A stretch of DNA of 64,000 bases from a virus (IMGVR_UViG_3300035182_002389:32001-96000), one strand, 5' to 3'. Counted from the first letter of the stretch, positions 35,117 to 45,083 are shown. Made by a program: numbers and translations. Notes: a model not told the origin generated them from the sequence alone.

Positions 35117-35338
35117 ATGAGCAGGAAGTATTACAGCGTCGAGGTAAGCCTCAAGGTGGCCTTCTTCGTCGATGGTGAGGCGGACGATGTTGCCATTCGC
35201 GACACTGTCGTTCAGGAGCTTTCAGAGGAGATGCACGACGTCGACTTCATGAAGCTCTACGACTTCGAGCCGCCTCCGTGGAAAGAGATCACGCGCAGGG
35301 AGGCTCACGAGATCGGGCTCGCCCACGAAGAGCGCTAG
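35117..35338 (+). CDS. Small acidic hypothetical protein
   Basis: Downstream of P4. Confidence 0.55.
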   Translation: MSRKYYSVEVSLKVAFFVDGEADDVAIRDTVVQELSEEMHDVDFMKLYDFEPPPWKEITRREAHEIGLAHEER

Positions 35339-35376
35339 CTGAGGAGAGTCGAGGGTGAGGGCCGCTTCGGGCGGCA

Positions 35377-35391
35377 GGCTTGCGATAAGCC
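35377..35391. promoter_or_regulatory. Palindromic box
   Basis: GGCTTGCGATAAGCC upstream of P5. Confidence 0.6.
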
Positions 35392-35431
35392 GAAGACGAC
35401 GACGGCGCAAAACGCGCCGAAAACGAATCGT

Positions 35432-35460
35432 TGGACAGGTTATGTACTTTGTGTGAAGCT
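35432..35460 (+). promoter_or_regulatory. Promoter P5
   Basis: TGGACA-N17-GAAGCT; spacer ends in TACTTTGTGT. Confidence 0.6.
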
Positions 35461-35518
35461 CGCATCATTCTCGGCGTCGGCCCGCTGTGGACTCGACCCG
35501 AACCAGAGGAGCGACAAT

Positions 35519-37030
35519 ATGAGCGAGCAGATGTCCCTGACGGGGACAGATACAGGCGCGGCCGTGGACGCCGCGCGCACGTGGAGCCCGTACCAAAAGG
35601 CGGTGTTCCACTTCGTGCAGTTCGGAAAAGGGAACGCGGTCGTCCGCGCGGTGCCGGGGTCGGGCAAGACGACCACCATCGTCGAAGCGGCGAAGCTCGT
35701 TCCGCCCGGCAAGAAAGCCGCCTTCGTCGCCTTCAACGGCAAGATCGCCGAAGAGCTGAAGAAGCGTCTGCCTCGGGGCGTTCCGGCAATGACGACGCAC
35801 AGCTTCGGCCTTCGCGCGCTTCGCAACGTGAGGCCGCAGACGCAGGTGAAGCTCGACAAGGGCGACAAGATCGTCCGCAGCATCCTCGAAGGCTGGGACA
35901 ACAACCGGCGCATCGAAGACGTCGAGCAGGACCCGTACGCGTCCTACGACAACTTCCGCCTCGTGCGAAAGGCGGTGGGACTCGCGAAGGGGATGCTGCG
36001 TCACCGTTCGACCTTCCTCGACATGCTCGACGAGTTCGAGCTGGAGTCGAAGAATCTGACGGCCGACCAAATCTCGGAGGCCGTTCTTCGCACGATGCTC
36101 CAGAGCCGCGAAGACGAAGAGACGGCCGACTACGACGACATGATCTGGCTGCCGTGCATCAAGAAGGTGCCGGTCCCGAAGTTCGACTACATCTTCGTCG
36201 ACGAGACGCAGGACCTGAACGCGTCGAAGATCCACCTCGTGCTCAAGGCGGCCGAGGGCGGGAGGGTCATCGCGGTCGGCGACCCGCGCCAGTCGATCTA
36301 CAGCTTCGCCGGCGCCGACGTGAACACGATGGAGCGCGTGCAAGAGGCGCTGAACGCTGAAGTCTTGCCGCTCAGCGTGTCGTACCGCTGCGCAAAGAGC
36401 ATCGTGCGCGAGGCGCAGCGCATCGAGGCGACCATCGAGCACGCGGAGGGCGCCCCCGAGGGCCTCGTGCGCACGATCCGCATCGAGAAGATCGAGGGCG
36501 AGCTGCGCGGCGGCGATTTTGTCGTGAGCCGCTTGAACGCGCCCATCATCTCGCTCTGCTTCCGGCTCATCTCGCAAGGGCGCCCGGCGTACGTGCAAGG
36601 CCGCGAGATCGGCGCGAGCCTCAAGACCACGATCGACAAGAGCAAGGCCGAGACGGTCGAAGACCTCTTGAAGTTCATCGGCGAGTGGCACACCAAAGAG
36701 ATCCAGCGGCTCACGGCCAAGGGCGTCTCGACGGACTCGGTCGACGACCGCCGCGCGTGCATCGAGGCGCTCGCCGAGGAGAAGGCCGACATCTGGGAGG
36801 TCTACGAGGCCATCGACCGCGTGTTCGCGGACGCCGAGGACTCGGCGAAGATTCGCCTCTCCTCGGTCCATCGCGCGAAGGGGCTCGAAGCGAGCCGCGT
36901 CTTCGTTCTTCAGGACACCTTCTACCTCGAAGACACGATTGAGGAAGCGAACTTGGAGTACGTCGCCTTGACTCGCGCGAAGACCGAGCTGGTCTACGTG
37001 CAGGGCGTCAAAATCTACAAGGCGGGATGA
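35519..37030 (+). CDS. Superfamily 1 (UvrD/Rep-like) helicase
   Basis: AVPGSGKT, FVDETQD, VGDPRQSIYSF, SYRC, SSVHRAKGLE, YVALTRAK. Confidence 0.92.
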   Translation: MSEQMSLTGTDTGAAVDAARTWSPYQKAVFHFVQFGKGNAVVRAVPGSGKTTTIVEAAKLVPPGKKAAFVAFNGKIAEELKKRLPRGVPAMTTHSFGLRALRNVRPQTQVKLDKGDKIVRSILEGWDNNRRIEDVEQDPYASYDNFRLVRKAVGLAKGMLRHRSTFLDMLDEFELESKNLTADQISEAVLRTMLQSREDEETADYDDMIWLPCIKKVPVPKFDYIFVDETQDLNASKIHLVLKAAEGGRVIAVGDPRQSIYSFAGADVNTMERVQEALNAEVLPLSVSYRCAKSIVREAQRIEATIEHAEGAPEGLVRTIRIEKIEGELRGGDFVVSRLNAPIISLCFRLISQGRPAYVQGREIGASLKTTIDKSKAETVEDLLKFIGEWHTKEIQRLTAKGVSTDSVDDRRACIEALAEEKADIWEVYEAIDRVFADAEDSAKIRLSSVHRAKGLEASRVFVLQDTFYLEDTIEEANLEYVALTRAKTELVYVQGVKIYKAG

Positions 37031-37033
37031 CCC

Positions 37034-37438
37034 GTGAAGCCGATTCTGATCCGCACGTTCGAGAACATCACGCTCCGGTACGACTCGCGGTGCATGAACT
37101 GTCGCGAGCGCATCCTTCGCCAGAATCGCGCTTGGCGCGGTCAAGGGCGAGGAAAGATGCTTTGCACGCCGTGCCACACTGAGATCATCGAACAGCTCTA
37201 TCCGAGCACGTGCTCGTGGGCGCTTACGATCGTACACGTGACCATGTCGCCGATGATGCTTACCAAACACCGCCTGGCCGCCGTTCGATGCGGCAAGGCG
37301 CGCGTGTTCCGGCAGGACGAATACGTTTGCGAGCGGGCGAAAGACCACACGGGGCCCCATTCCAAGCTTCTCGATGCGAACACGGTTGCCGACTGGCTCG
37401 ACGCTGAAGAGCAAGCCGTGTCGGCGGAGGTGCCGTGA
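37034..37438 (+). CDS. Hypothetical protein (CxxC)
   Basis: In the gene chain. Confidence 0.5.
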   Translation: MKPILIRTFENITLRYDSRCMNCRERILRQNRAWRGQGRGKMLCTPCHTEIIEQLYPSTCSWALTIVHVTMSPMMLTKHRLAAVRCGKARVFRQDEYVCERAKDHTGPHSKLLDANTVADWLDAEEQAVSAEVP

Positions 37439-37905
37439 TGGGAACCTATCTCCACATCGCGTACGAGGCTTGGGACAAGTCGGAGAACGCGTGGCGCCAC
37501 CACTTCCACAACGAGCAGGACGGCTCGGCCGACAACCACCCGTTCTACACGGCGTTCAAGAACTACCCGCTCCACTTCTTCTTCCGCCTGCTCGCGGACG
37601 GCGAGCCGTACGACACGCCGTCGCTCCTGCCCGCCTACCCGGAAGAGGGTTTCACGTACAAGTGGCCGTACGCGGCCTCACCCGAGACCTGGAACGCGCT
37701 CGGCGGCGAATCCGACGGCGCGTACATCGCGACGCTCGGCGCTATCTTCGCGCGCATGAAGGTCCTCGACGCGCACGTCGGCGAAGAGGTCTGCAAGGTC
37801 ATGCGAGCCCCCGAGGTCGCCCTCTACCGCGAGCGCGTCCTCACCGTCTTCGCGGCCATGGTCCCGATGCCCTCCTACGGGCGTCTGCTTTGGAGGTTCT
37901 CGTGA
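37438..37905 (+). CDS. Hypothetical protein
   Basis: GGAGG RBS, TGATG overlap. Confidence 0.6.
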   Translation: MGTYLHIAYEAWDKSENAWRHHFHNEQDGSADNHPFYTAFKNYPLHFFFRLLADGEPYDTPSLLPAYPEEGFTYKWPYAASPETWNALGGESDGAYIATLGAIFARMKVLDAHVGEEVCKVMRAPEVALYRERVLTVFAAMVPMPSYGRLLWRFS

Positions 37906-38330
37906 GCCGATCCCCCGATTGCCTCGGTTGTCGAGGCGTGGAACCTGACCTCTGCGGCGAGTGCATGGCGCACCGTTGGCGCGAGGAGGGGCGCGCGCGA
38001 GAGCGAGCCCAGGTGGGCGCTCTCTTCTGCCGAATGCTCGGCAAGGTGATGGACATGGAGGCCATCCGCCGGCTGCTCGACAGCGTGCCGAAGGGCGAGT
38101 GGAAGACGTGCTCCGAGGAGGGGCCGTTTCGCGGCACCAACCGCCAGACGCACTCGGTGTGCATCTACAAGGACGATTTCTCCGAGTCCGACGAAGAGCA
38201 CCAGTGCATCACGACGGGCGTCGGCGACGACGAGAAGAATGCCTACGCCGTCGCGAACTTCGTCGCCCAATCGCACACCATCCTCACCGACCTCTTGGCC
38301 CTCTACGACGGCAAACCAGAGGCGCCGTGA
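37902..38330 (+). CDS. Hypothetical protein, paralogue of 38327
   Basis: VPKGEW...EGP...GVG...ANFVA. Confidence 0.55.
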   Translation: MSRSPDCLGCRGVEPDLCGECMAHRWREEGRARERAQVGALFCRMLGKVMDMEAIRRLLDSVPKGEWKTCSEEGPFRGTNRQTHSVCIYKDDFSESDEEHQCITTGVGDDEKNAYAVANFVAQSHTILTDLLALYDGKPEAP

Positions 38331-38743
38331 CGGACTCCCCCTACTGGAAGGCCATGGCGAAGGGGCTTCACTGCGAGCCGAGCCCGGCCAAACCGTGCCC
38401 GCGGTGCGGAATGCCAACGCCTCGAAGCGTCTGCCTCGGGTGCGACAACAACGACCTGCGCCGCGAGCTGGACAAGGCCCGCGAGCTGCTGCGCCTCATC
38501 GACGCGTCCCAGATTCGCGCGATGCTCGCGAAGGTTCCCCAGGGCATCTGGGAGGCTGTGCAGGACGAAGGGCCGCCTCGGGGTCGTCGGATCGTGACGA
38601 CGAGCGTGTACGCGCGTCGGCACCAAGAGAAGCCCGAACAGGTCACCTTCGGCATCGGCACCGACCACAAGAAGGCGCGCGACATCGCCGATTTCATCGC
38701 GTACGCGCACATGACGCTCGTCACCCTCGGAGGCCGACTGTGA
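38327..38743 (+). CDS. Hypothetical protein, paralogue of 37902
   Basis: VPQGIW...EGP...GIG...ADFIA. Confidence 0.55.
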   Translation: MTDSPYWKAMAKGLHCEPSPAKPCPRCGMPTPRSVCLGCDNNDLRRELDKARELLRLIDASQIRAMLAKVPQGIWEAVQDEGPPRGRRIVTTSVYARRHQEKPEQVTFGIGTDHKKARDIADFIAYAHMTLVTLGGRL

Positions 38744-39219
38744 GCCGCGGACCCAACACGCCCGGCAAGGTCGGCCGCCTTGCGCACGCGAAGTACCAAG
38801 GGGCTGCCGCGGAGAACGTCAGCCACGCCCAAGGGGCCTCGGCTTGGTCGGTCGGCGCCGAGCATCAGCGAGCCCTCGATCTTCACGACATCGATCGCTG
38901 TCTCGCTGAGCCTCGCTTGAGCCAGGGCGCGCACATGAAGCTGCGCGCGTGGAAGGAGTACCTCGCGAACGTTCCAACGCGAGCGCTCGCTGCCGGCAAC
39001 CGCGAGAACCTCGACCGCATGGTGAAGGTCGTCGAGATGTGGGCGGCCGGCGTCGAGGTCGTGAGCGATCTCGAAAAGAACCAGAAGCGCTGCGCGCTCG
39101 GCCGCATCCACAACGCCGAGGTGCGCCGCGCGAGCAACGCGGTGATGGACCGAGCGTTCGCGAAACCCGGCGAAGCTCCCCGTCCCCCGCGGCGCGCCAC
39201 CTCCGACAACGACGACTGA
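38740..39219 (+). CDS. Hypothetical protein
   Basis: GGAGG RBS, GTGA overlap. Confidence 0.55.
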   Translation: MSRGPNTPGKVGRLAHAKYQGAAAENVSHAQGASAWSVGAEHQRALDLHDIDRCLAEPRLSQGAHMKLRAWKEYLANVPTRALAAGNRENLDRMVKVVEMWAAGVEVVSDLEKNQKRCALGRIHNAEVRRASNAVMDRAFAKPGEAPRPPRRATSDNDD

Positions 39220-39227
39220 GGCCTTCG

Positions 39228-39527
39228 ATGAAGCCCTACGGCTACTACAACATGAATCTCATGTACGAGACGAGCTGCTCGCGCTGCCTTCAGCCGCTCG
39301 GGCGAGGCGCTCGCGTCTGGTACAGTAAATCGCTCGGCCAGGCGCTCTGCCCCGACTGCTTCGTCGTCGAATACCCGACCGACGAGGTGAAGATCCGACC
39401 GCAGGATCTGACGCCCGTCGAGATCCAGATCAGGGACGCTCCCTCGCGCTCGATGGCCCGGCGCCTCGCCGAACAAGCAGGTCTGCCGCCGCCTCGGTTC
39501 GAGAGCGCCCCAAAGAAAGAGGAGTGA
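39228..39527 (+). CDS. Hypothetical zinc-finger protein
   Basis: CSRC...CPDC. Confidence 0.55.
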   Translation: MKPYGYYNMNLMYETSCSRCLQPLGRGARVWYSKSLGQALCPDCFVVEYPTDEVKIRPQDLTPVEIQIRDAPSRSMARRLAEQAGLPPPRFESAPKKEE

Positions 39528-39529
39528 GC

Positions 39530-39703
39530 ATGCTCGTGAAGGTCCAGTTCGTGATGGAGGTCGAGGTCGATCACCCCGGAGACGAAGAGGAGGCGTACGA
39601 CTACGTGAGCGACGAGCTGGAGCAGCGCGTCTGCACGGCAAAGGACCCCAGCGTCAACGTGATGCGCATCCACTCCTCACTGCTGCCGAAAGGGAAGGTC
39701 TGA
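39530..39703 (+). CDS. Small acidic protein
   Basis: GAGGAG RBS; not in the ORF track. Confidence 0.5.
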   Translation: MLVKVQFVMEVEVDHPGDEEEAYDYVSDELEQRVCTAKDPSVNVMRIHSSLLPKGKV

Positions 39704-39706
39704 ATC

Positions 39707-40252
39707 ATGGCCGAAGGTCTCAACCGCGTGCTTCTCATCGGCAACCTCGGCGCGGACCCGGAGCTGCGCTACGGACAGGGCTCGGGCAACGCGTTCCTCA
39801 CGCTCCGCATCGCGACGTCGGAGAGCTACTTCGACAAGCGCAGCAACGAGCGGCGCGAGAAGACGGAGTGGCACGACGTGACGCTGTTCGGCAACGCGGC
39901 CGAACCGCTCAGCAAGTTTCTGCGTAAGGGGCGCCAGGTCTTCGTCGAGGGGCGCTTGGAGACCAGTAACTACGAGAAGGACGGGCAGAAGCACTATCGT
40001 ACGCGCGTCATCGCGTCGCGCGTGACGCTGCTCGGCTCCGCACCTTCGCGCGAGGATTCGCCCTCGCCTCGGCCCGACCCGAGCCGGCGCGCGCCGGTGA
40101 CCTCGCAGCGCCGCGAGCCGCCGGACCTCGGCGATTACGATCCGCACGGCGACTACGGCACGCGAGGCGCTCCCGCGCTGCCGAAGGGACCTGCGCGTGA
40201 CGACGATTTCCCGACGCCGTTCGACGGCGACGAAGACGACATCGCCTTCTAG
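39707..40252 (+). CDS. ssb: Single-stranded DNA-binding protein
   Basis: LNRVLLIGNLGADPELRY...TEWH...LRKGRQVFVEGRL; acidic tail DDIAF. Confidence 0.95.
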   Translation: MAEGLNRVLLIGNLGADPELRYGQGSGNAFLTLRIATSESYFDKRSNERREKTEWHDVTLFGNAAEPLSKFLRKGRQVFVEGRLETSNYEKDGQKHYRTRVIASRVTLLGSAPSREDSPSPRPDPSRRAPVTSQRREPPDLGDYDPHGDYGTRGAPALPKGPARDDDFPTPFDGDEDDIAF

Positions 40253-40259
40253 GAGCGCC

Positions 40260-41045
40260 ATGAGCACCCGTTCGCGTGAAGCCATCGCCATCGAGGGGCG
40301 CCTGACCGCCTATCAGACGCCCGCGCGCAGAGAGGCCATCGCAACCCTTCCCTCGGACGCGCGCAGCGGGTTCACGCTCCTCGATGGCGCCGTGCCCGTA
40401 TCCGCCGGCGAAACGGCGCTCGTGCTCAGTACGCGTGAGCTGGACGCGCTCGCGCCGTTCGAGCCGACCTCGACGCGCATGCGCAACTTCTACGCGTGGG
40501 CGAAGAGGGACTGTGCGACGAGCCGTGCGACGAGCCGTGCGCTGCACGCCGCGCGCACGAAGACGGGCGGCTTCTACGTCTGGTTCTGCTCGACCGACGA
40601 GGCGCTCGCGTTCCTGCGCCTCATCGAAGCCGCCGCTTGGAAGCAGCTCCTGCAAGCGATGACGGACGCCGACAAGACAGGCGTGCACGAGGCCGCGTTC
40701 TGGCTCCAGCGCGCCTCTCAGAACCCCGTGGCGTGGCTCCTTGCGGCAGAAGCGCTCGCGAACGCGGGCCTCGACAGGTACGCCGAGACGCTCTCGTCCC
40801 TCGCGCGTGCGCAGGCGCCCGAGGCGTGCGCGGTCATCGACATGCTGATGATCCACCGCGCCGAGGAGGCCGAAGTCGACCCTCGCTACGCTTCAGCGCC
40901 CGCCGACCGTGAAGCGGACATGCGTCGAGCGTTCGCGCGGCGCGAGGCGTGGCGCAAGCTTCACTGCGAGCCCGCGTGCGACGGCGTGTGGGGCACGGGC
41001 TGCAAGGGATGCCACGAGGCCATCCCGGAAGACTTCGAGGGTTGA
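40260..41045 (+). CDS. Hypothetical protein
   Basis: AGGAG RBS. Confidence 0.6.
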   Translation: MSTRSREAIAIEGRLTAYQTPARREAIATLPSDARSGFTLLDGAVPVSAGETALVLSTRELDALAPFEPTSTRMRNFYAWAKRDCATSRATSRALHAARTKTGGFYVWFCSTDEALAFLRLIEAAAWKQLLQAMTDADKTGVHEAAFWLQRASQNPVAWLLAAEALANAGLDRYAETLSSLARAQAPEACAVIDMLMIHRAEEAEVDPRYASAPADREADMRRAFARREAWRKLHCEPACDGVWGTGCKGCHEAIPEDFEG

Positions 41046-41048
41046 ACG

Positions 41049-41303
41049 ATGGCTTGCGACAAGTCACCAGACCGCGCGCACGTCTCAGGGCGCGCGGAGA
41101 CCGACGAGGAGAAGCGAGCCATCCTCGGCCACATCTACGAGGCGTGGATCAAGGTGCCGACGGCGCGCCTCGGCCAAGTCATCGTCGCGAGGGTGCCCGG
41201 CGTGTACCCCAACGCCTCGCTCTTCTACATCGAGGACGAGAGGCTCGCGTCCGAGATCGAGGATGACGCGACGCTCACCGAGAAGCTGATCGGCGGCAGA
41301 TAG
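41049..41303 (+). CDS. Hypothetical protein
   Basis: In the gene chain. Confidence 0.55.
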   Translation: MACDKSPDRAHVSGRAETDEEKRAILGHIYEAWIKVPTARLGQVIVARVPGVYPNASLFYIEDERLASEIEDDATLTEKLIGGR

Positions 41304-41579
41304 ATGCCCGCCGTACTTCTCAAGTTCGAGGACATCGCCCCGCGGCACGTGGCGCTCTTGCGCGAGACGGCGCGCAGAGCCCACAAGCTCTACTACCCCG
41401 ACCGATGGGCGAGCCGAGATGCAGAAGACATTGCCGCGTGGAAGCTCCTGATGGATCGAGGGCTCATCGAGAAGAAGGAGGGGACCATCGCGACCGGCGA
41501 GACTCCTTGGCAGCCCGTCGAATACCTCGACGCTGCCGATGCCGGCCACAAGTTGCTCGAAGCCTACCGCCCGAGGTGA
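41304..41579 (+). CDS. Hypothetical protein
   Basis: In the gene chain. Confidence 0.55.
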   Translation: MPAVLLKFEDIAPRHVALLRETARRAHKLYYPDRWASRDAEDIAAWKLLMDRGLIEKKEGTIATGETPWQPVEYLDAADAGHKLLEAYRPR

Positions 41580-41582
41580 GCC

Positions 41583-41882
41583 ATGAAGACGACGCAGAAA
41601 CGCGGGATCACGGAGACGACCGTCACCTTTCGGATGTCGAGCGCGCTCAAAGAGGAGGTCGCCTCTTTCGCGCGCGAGCGTGGCGAGACGATGACGGCGT
41701 TCGTCTGCCGCGCCTTGCACGACGCGACCAGACCCGGCGTCCGCGCCGAGGTCATCGAAGAGAAACTCGCCGCCCGCATGAGCGAGCGCGAAGGAGAGCT
41801 TCGCGAGCAGCTCCTCGAAACCCAAGCCGACCTCGACGCCGCGAAACGTGTCATCGCGCGTCTGAAGGGGATCGGGCCATGA
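41583..41882 (+). CDS. Ribbon-helix-helix DNA-binding protein
   Basis: TVTFRMSSALKEEVASFARERGETMTAFVCRAL. Confidence 0.65.
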   Translation: MKTTQKRGITETTVTFRMSSALKEEVASFARERGETMTAFVCRALHDATRPGVRAEVIEEKLAARMSEREGELREQLLETQADLDAAKRVIARLKGIGP

Positions 41883-42295
41883 ACGGGCGTACGGGAATCT
41901 TCCAGCCTCGCCTCGGGGACTACGGTCGCTGCACGGCGCGCCATCGCGTCGGCGACAAGACCTTCCGCTGCTCGAACAAGGGCAGGCGCGTCGAGCGTTT
42001 CGTCGGCGGCGAAGACCAGTGGACGATCATCTGCCCCCTGCACGGGCTCACCAAGGAAGAGGAGCGCATGGGTAAGGAGAACTACGGCGAGGGCGAGGAT
42101 CGCGACGTCCCCGAAGAACCGTACCGCCAACAGCACGACATCTGGTGCGACGCGCGGCCGACCGACGTCCACTGCCAGTGGGTCGAGAACGTCGGCATGA
42201 CGGTCATCGACTGCGTGGCGGCTCGGAGGCGCGAGTTCCTGAGCGACCGCAACGCCCGTCCTCGCGCGCATGACGAAGGTGAGGGCGTGCCGTGA
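41879..42295 (+). CDS. Hypothetical protein
   Basis: ATGA overlap. Confidence 0.5.
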   Translation: MNGRTGIFQPRLGDYGRCTARHRVGDKTFRCSNKGRRVERFVGGEDQWTIICPLHGLTKEEERMGKENYGEGEDRDVPEEPYRQQHDIWCDARPTDVHCQWVENVGMTVIDCVAARRREFLSDRNARPRAHDEGEGVP

Positions 42296-42504
42296 GCGCG
42301 GACCTGTGCACCGTCTGCCGCCTTCGGCCGAAAGACGGGATGCTCTTCTGCGAACCGTGTCGCAGGAGCTACGACAAGGCCCTGATGAGCGACACCACCA
42401 TCTACGGCGCGATTCGATGGGCGGCGGAACGCGCTCGTCGCTTCGCGCGTGAGCAGGCGCGCGAAGGTCAGGTCCGCTACCTGCGCGGCAAGAGGCTCGC
42501 ATGA
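42292..42504 (+). CDS. Small Cys-containing protein
   Basis: CTVC...CEPC. Confidence 0.55.
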   Translation: MSADLCTVCRLRPKDGMLFCEPCRRSYDKALMSDTTIYGAIRWAAERARRFAREQAREGQVRYLRGKRLA

Positions 42505-42713
42505 GCTTGCTCTACGATCTCACGAACTGCGAGCACCCCGACGATCGACGCGCGCAGGCGATGCTCACGAACGGGGTCATGCAGTGGTGCGCTTGCTGCG
42601 GCGCGTGCCGTCTTCTGCAAGGGCAGCATCCGGGACCGTGGCGGCGCCCCGATCTCGTGGAGGCTGCCATTCGCCGCGTCGTTGCGGCAGCGAAAGACGA
42701 GGATGCTTCATGA
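42501..42713 (+). CDS. Small hypothetical protein
   Basis: ATGA overlaps. Confidence 0.5.
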   Translation: MSLLYDLTNCEHPDDRRAQAMLTNGVMQWCACCGACRLLQGQHPGPWRRPDLVEAAIRRVVAAAKDEDAS

Positions 42714-42961
42714 AGGTCTACATGGTCGACGGGCCCTACAAGGTCTTCGTCACGTGCACGTGCATGAAGTGCAAGGCCGAGTACCCAGCCTCGACGCCCG
42801 AGGTCATGCGCGGCCCGGGGCTCGTCGAAGACATCGGCATCTACCGCACCCCGTGCCCGAAGTGTGGTGAGGCCGAACGTGTGATGACCGTCGGCACGCC
42901 GGAACCCTTCAAGGGCCCATCGCCGTGGGCCGGCAAGACCGGCATCGAAAGTTGGCACTGA
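42710..42961 (+). CDS. Small zinc-ribbon protein
   Basis: CMKC...CPKC. Confidence 0.55.
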   Translation: MKVYMVDGPYKVFVTCTCMKCKAEYPASTPEVMRGPGLVEDIGIYRTPCPKCGEAERVMTVGTPEPFKGPSPWAGKTGIESWH

Positions 42962-42962
42962 C

Positions 42963-43910
42963 ATGAGCGACCCTCGCGAACCGACCAAAGAAGACCGCAT
43001 CTACGCGGCACGCGTGACGGGTACCTACCACCACGAGTCCATCAAGAGCTGGATCGAGACGGGCGTTCAAACGGAGGGAACGCCGTCGGAGGATCAGGAA
43101 ACGACCTACGAGCTGGCCGACCGCTTCGCGCGGGTCCGTCTCGAAGGCCGCGCGGCGGGATTCCACGTCGGCTACGAGGACGCCCTGCACAACGTCGAGG
43201 GCGCCATCGCATCGAGCTACTGCTGGCCGGGCGACTGGCGCGAGCACGAGCTGGATCCTGTCCGGTGCGCGAAGGGCATCATCGAAGAAGCATGCAAGGA
43301 GATGCCGGACGCCGAGACGGCGACCGCATGGGTCTGGCGCTTCGAGATGAACGAGGAGCTGTTCGCGGCCGACGAGCGCGGGTTCCGACGCGGCGCCAAG
43401 GTGTGCGGCGCCGTTCTCGGCGACATGTTTCATGGAACGGAGCACGAGACGCTCTGCGAGCTTCCTCGCGAGCACACGGGGCTGCACGAGAAGACGGACG
43501 TCAACGCGCGCTCGACCGTCTCGTGGGGCTCGTGGGGCATCACGGAAGTCGCCCCGCAAGTGATCCCGGAAGTGATCCCGGAAGTCGTCTCGAAGAAGCG
43601 CGAGCCCTGCGATTGCGACCAAGGCTGGGTCCGTCGCTACCTCCCCGACCGCGAGGAGCGCTGTCGCAAATGCAATCCCCTACGCCACAGGGTCGACGAG
43701 TTCGGGCCCGACAGCAACGGGCGCTGCACGGCGTGCCTTTCGCGCGCTGCGTCCGAGCGCCGCATCCCGGACCGAAAGATCCCCTGCCCCGCGCACGGGC
43801 ACATGGGCGACGGGGCTCGGTGCCGCCAGTGCGAGACCCGGCCCGCTGTCGGCGAACCTCCCATCGGTCTCGACGGTCTCTGTGCAGAATGCTGGAAGAA
43901 GGGGCGATGA
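42963..43910 (+). CDS. Hypothetical protein with Cys-rich C-terminus
   Basis: 315 aa, GC3 bias. Confidence 0.6.
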   Translation: MSDPREPTKEDRIYAARVTGTYHHESIKSWIETGVQTEGTPSEDQETTYELADRFARVRLEGRAAGFHVGYEDALHNVEGAIASSYCWPGDWREHELDPVRCAKGIIEEACKEMPDAETATAWVWRFEMNEELFAADERGFRRGAKVCGAVLGDMFHGTEHETLCELPREHTGLHEKTDVNARSTVSWGSWGITEVAPQVIPEVIPEVVSKKREPCDCDQGWVRRYLPDREERCRKCNPLRHRVDEFGPDSNGRCTACLSRAASERRIPDRKIPCPAHGHMGDGARCRQCETRPAVGEPPIGLDGLCAECWKKGR

Positions 43911-44098
43911 CCTTCTTTGGCAACTACGAGAAGAGCACATGCTGCTTCTGCAAGCGGAGCATCTCGAAGACGAACTGCTCGAAACACGGGGCCGCGTGCT
44001 GGCCGAAGTACGTCGTCGTGATGCTCGCCATCCACGGGGAAGGCTGGGCGCACGAGATTCTTCACGGGCGCAGCTACCCCGTCGAAGAAGTAGATTGA
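43907..44098 (+). CDS. Small Cys-rich protein
   Basis: ATGA overlap. Confidence 0.45.
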   Translation: MTFFGNYEKSTCCFCKRSISKTNCSKHGAACWPKYVVVMLAIHGEGWAHEILHGRSYPVEEVD

Positions 44099-44123
44099 CA
44101 GGTACATTACTTAGTGCGACTAT
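44095..44123 (+). promoter_or_regulatory. Promoter P6
   Basis: TTGACA-N17-GACTAT; spacer ends in TACTTAGTGC. Confidence 0.65.
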
Positions 44124-44132
44124 CGGCCCAAG

Positions 44133-45083
44133 ATGATCGAGTCCATCACGGTCAAGAACCCGAAAGCGACGGCGGTCGGCTGGTTCGAGAAGGTGTTCCC
44201 GCAAGGGCTCACCATGAAGTTCTCCCCCGGGCTCAACGTGCTCTGGGGCGCGAACGGCTCGGGGAAAAGCACCATCCTTCGCCTGATCGCGAAGATGCTC
44301 CACTGCGAGCAGGGCTACGAGCCCGTCGTCACGAGCGAGTCGATGCGCTCGTTGACGCCCAGGTACGCAGACCGTTCCTCTTCGTCCAAGGAGGCGACGA
44401 GGAAGGAGAGGTTCGACGCCGTGCAGCTCGTGCACTCGGGCCTCGGCACCTGCCTGTTCGACCCCGACCACAAGGTCGGCCTCATCGGCGGCGCGTTCGA
44501 TGACGATTTCTTCTCGCAGGGGCTCATGAACACGATGTTCCGGGGCTCGTCGGGGCAGGGCACCATGCACCGCTTCGATCGGGTGCTCGTGCGCGCGATG
44601 TCCGGCAAGGCGCCCGAGGTCGTCTGGAAGGTGCGCAAGGAAGACGCGACGAAGCCTCTCAAGGCCGGGGCGTCGGACTACGACATCGAGCGCCACGAGC
44701 AGGCGAAATGGGTCCTCGACACGCTCGCGGGCGACCCCACCATCGCGGACGCGGAGCGCCCCACGTTCATGATGGACGAGCCCGACCGCAGCCTCGACAT
44801 CCTGCGCCAGAAGAGCATCTGGCACATGCTGCGATGCGCCTCGCAGCGCTCGCAGATCATCGTCGCCGCGCACTCGCTGTTCGCGCTCGGTCTCCCCGAG
44901 GCGACGTACCACAAGCTCGGGGCGCCGGGCGCTCCCGCGGACCTCTACTACGACCGCTCGCTCGCGCAGGTCGCGGAGCTGCCCACGTGGCCTTCGATGA
45001 AGATCGAGATGAGCGCGGGCCAGAAAAAGGCCATCGACGCGGCCGTCAAGGACCAAGAGAAAAACAAGGACCCGTTCGGATGA
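44133..45083 (+). CDS. Soluble ABC-type ATPase
   Basis: Walker A GANGSGKST, signature SSGQG, Walker B FMMDEPD, H-loop IVAAHS. Confidence 0.85.
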   Translation: MIESITVKNPKATAVGWFEKVFPQGLTMKFSPGLNVLWGANGSGKSTILRLIAKMLHCEQGYEPVVTSESMRSLTPRYADRSSSSKEATRKERFDAVQLVHSGLGTCLFDPDHKVGLIGGAFDDDFFSQGLMNTMFRGSSGQGTMHRFDRVLVRAMSGKAPEVVWKVRKEDATKPLKAGASDYDIERHEQAKWVLDTLAGDPTIADAERPTFMMDEPDRSLDILRQKSIWHMLRCASQRSQIIVAAHSLFALGLPEATYHKLGAPGAPADLYYDRSLAQVAELPTWPSMKIEMSAGQKKAIDAAVKDQEKNKDPFG

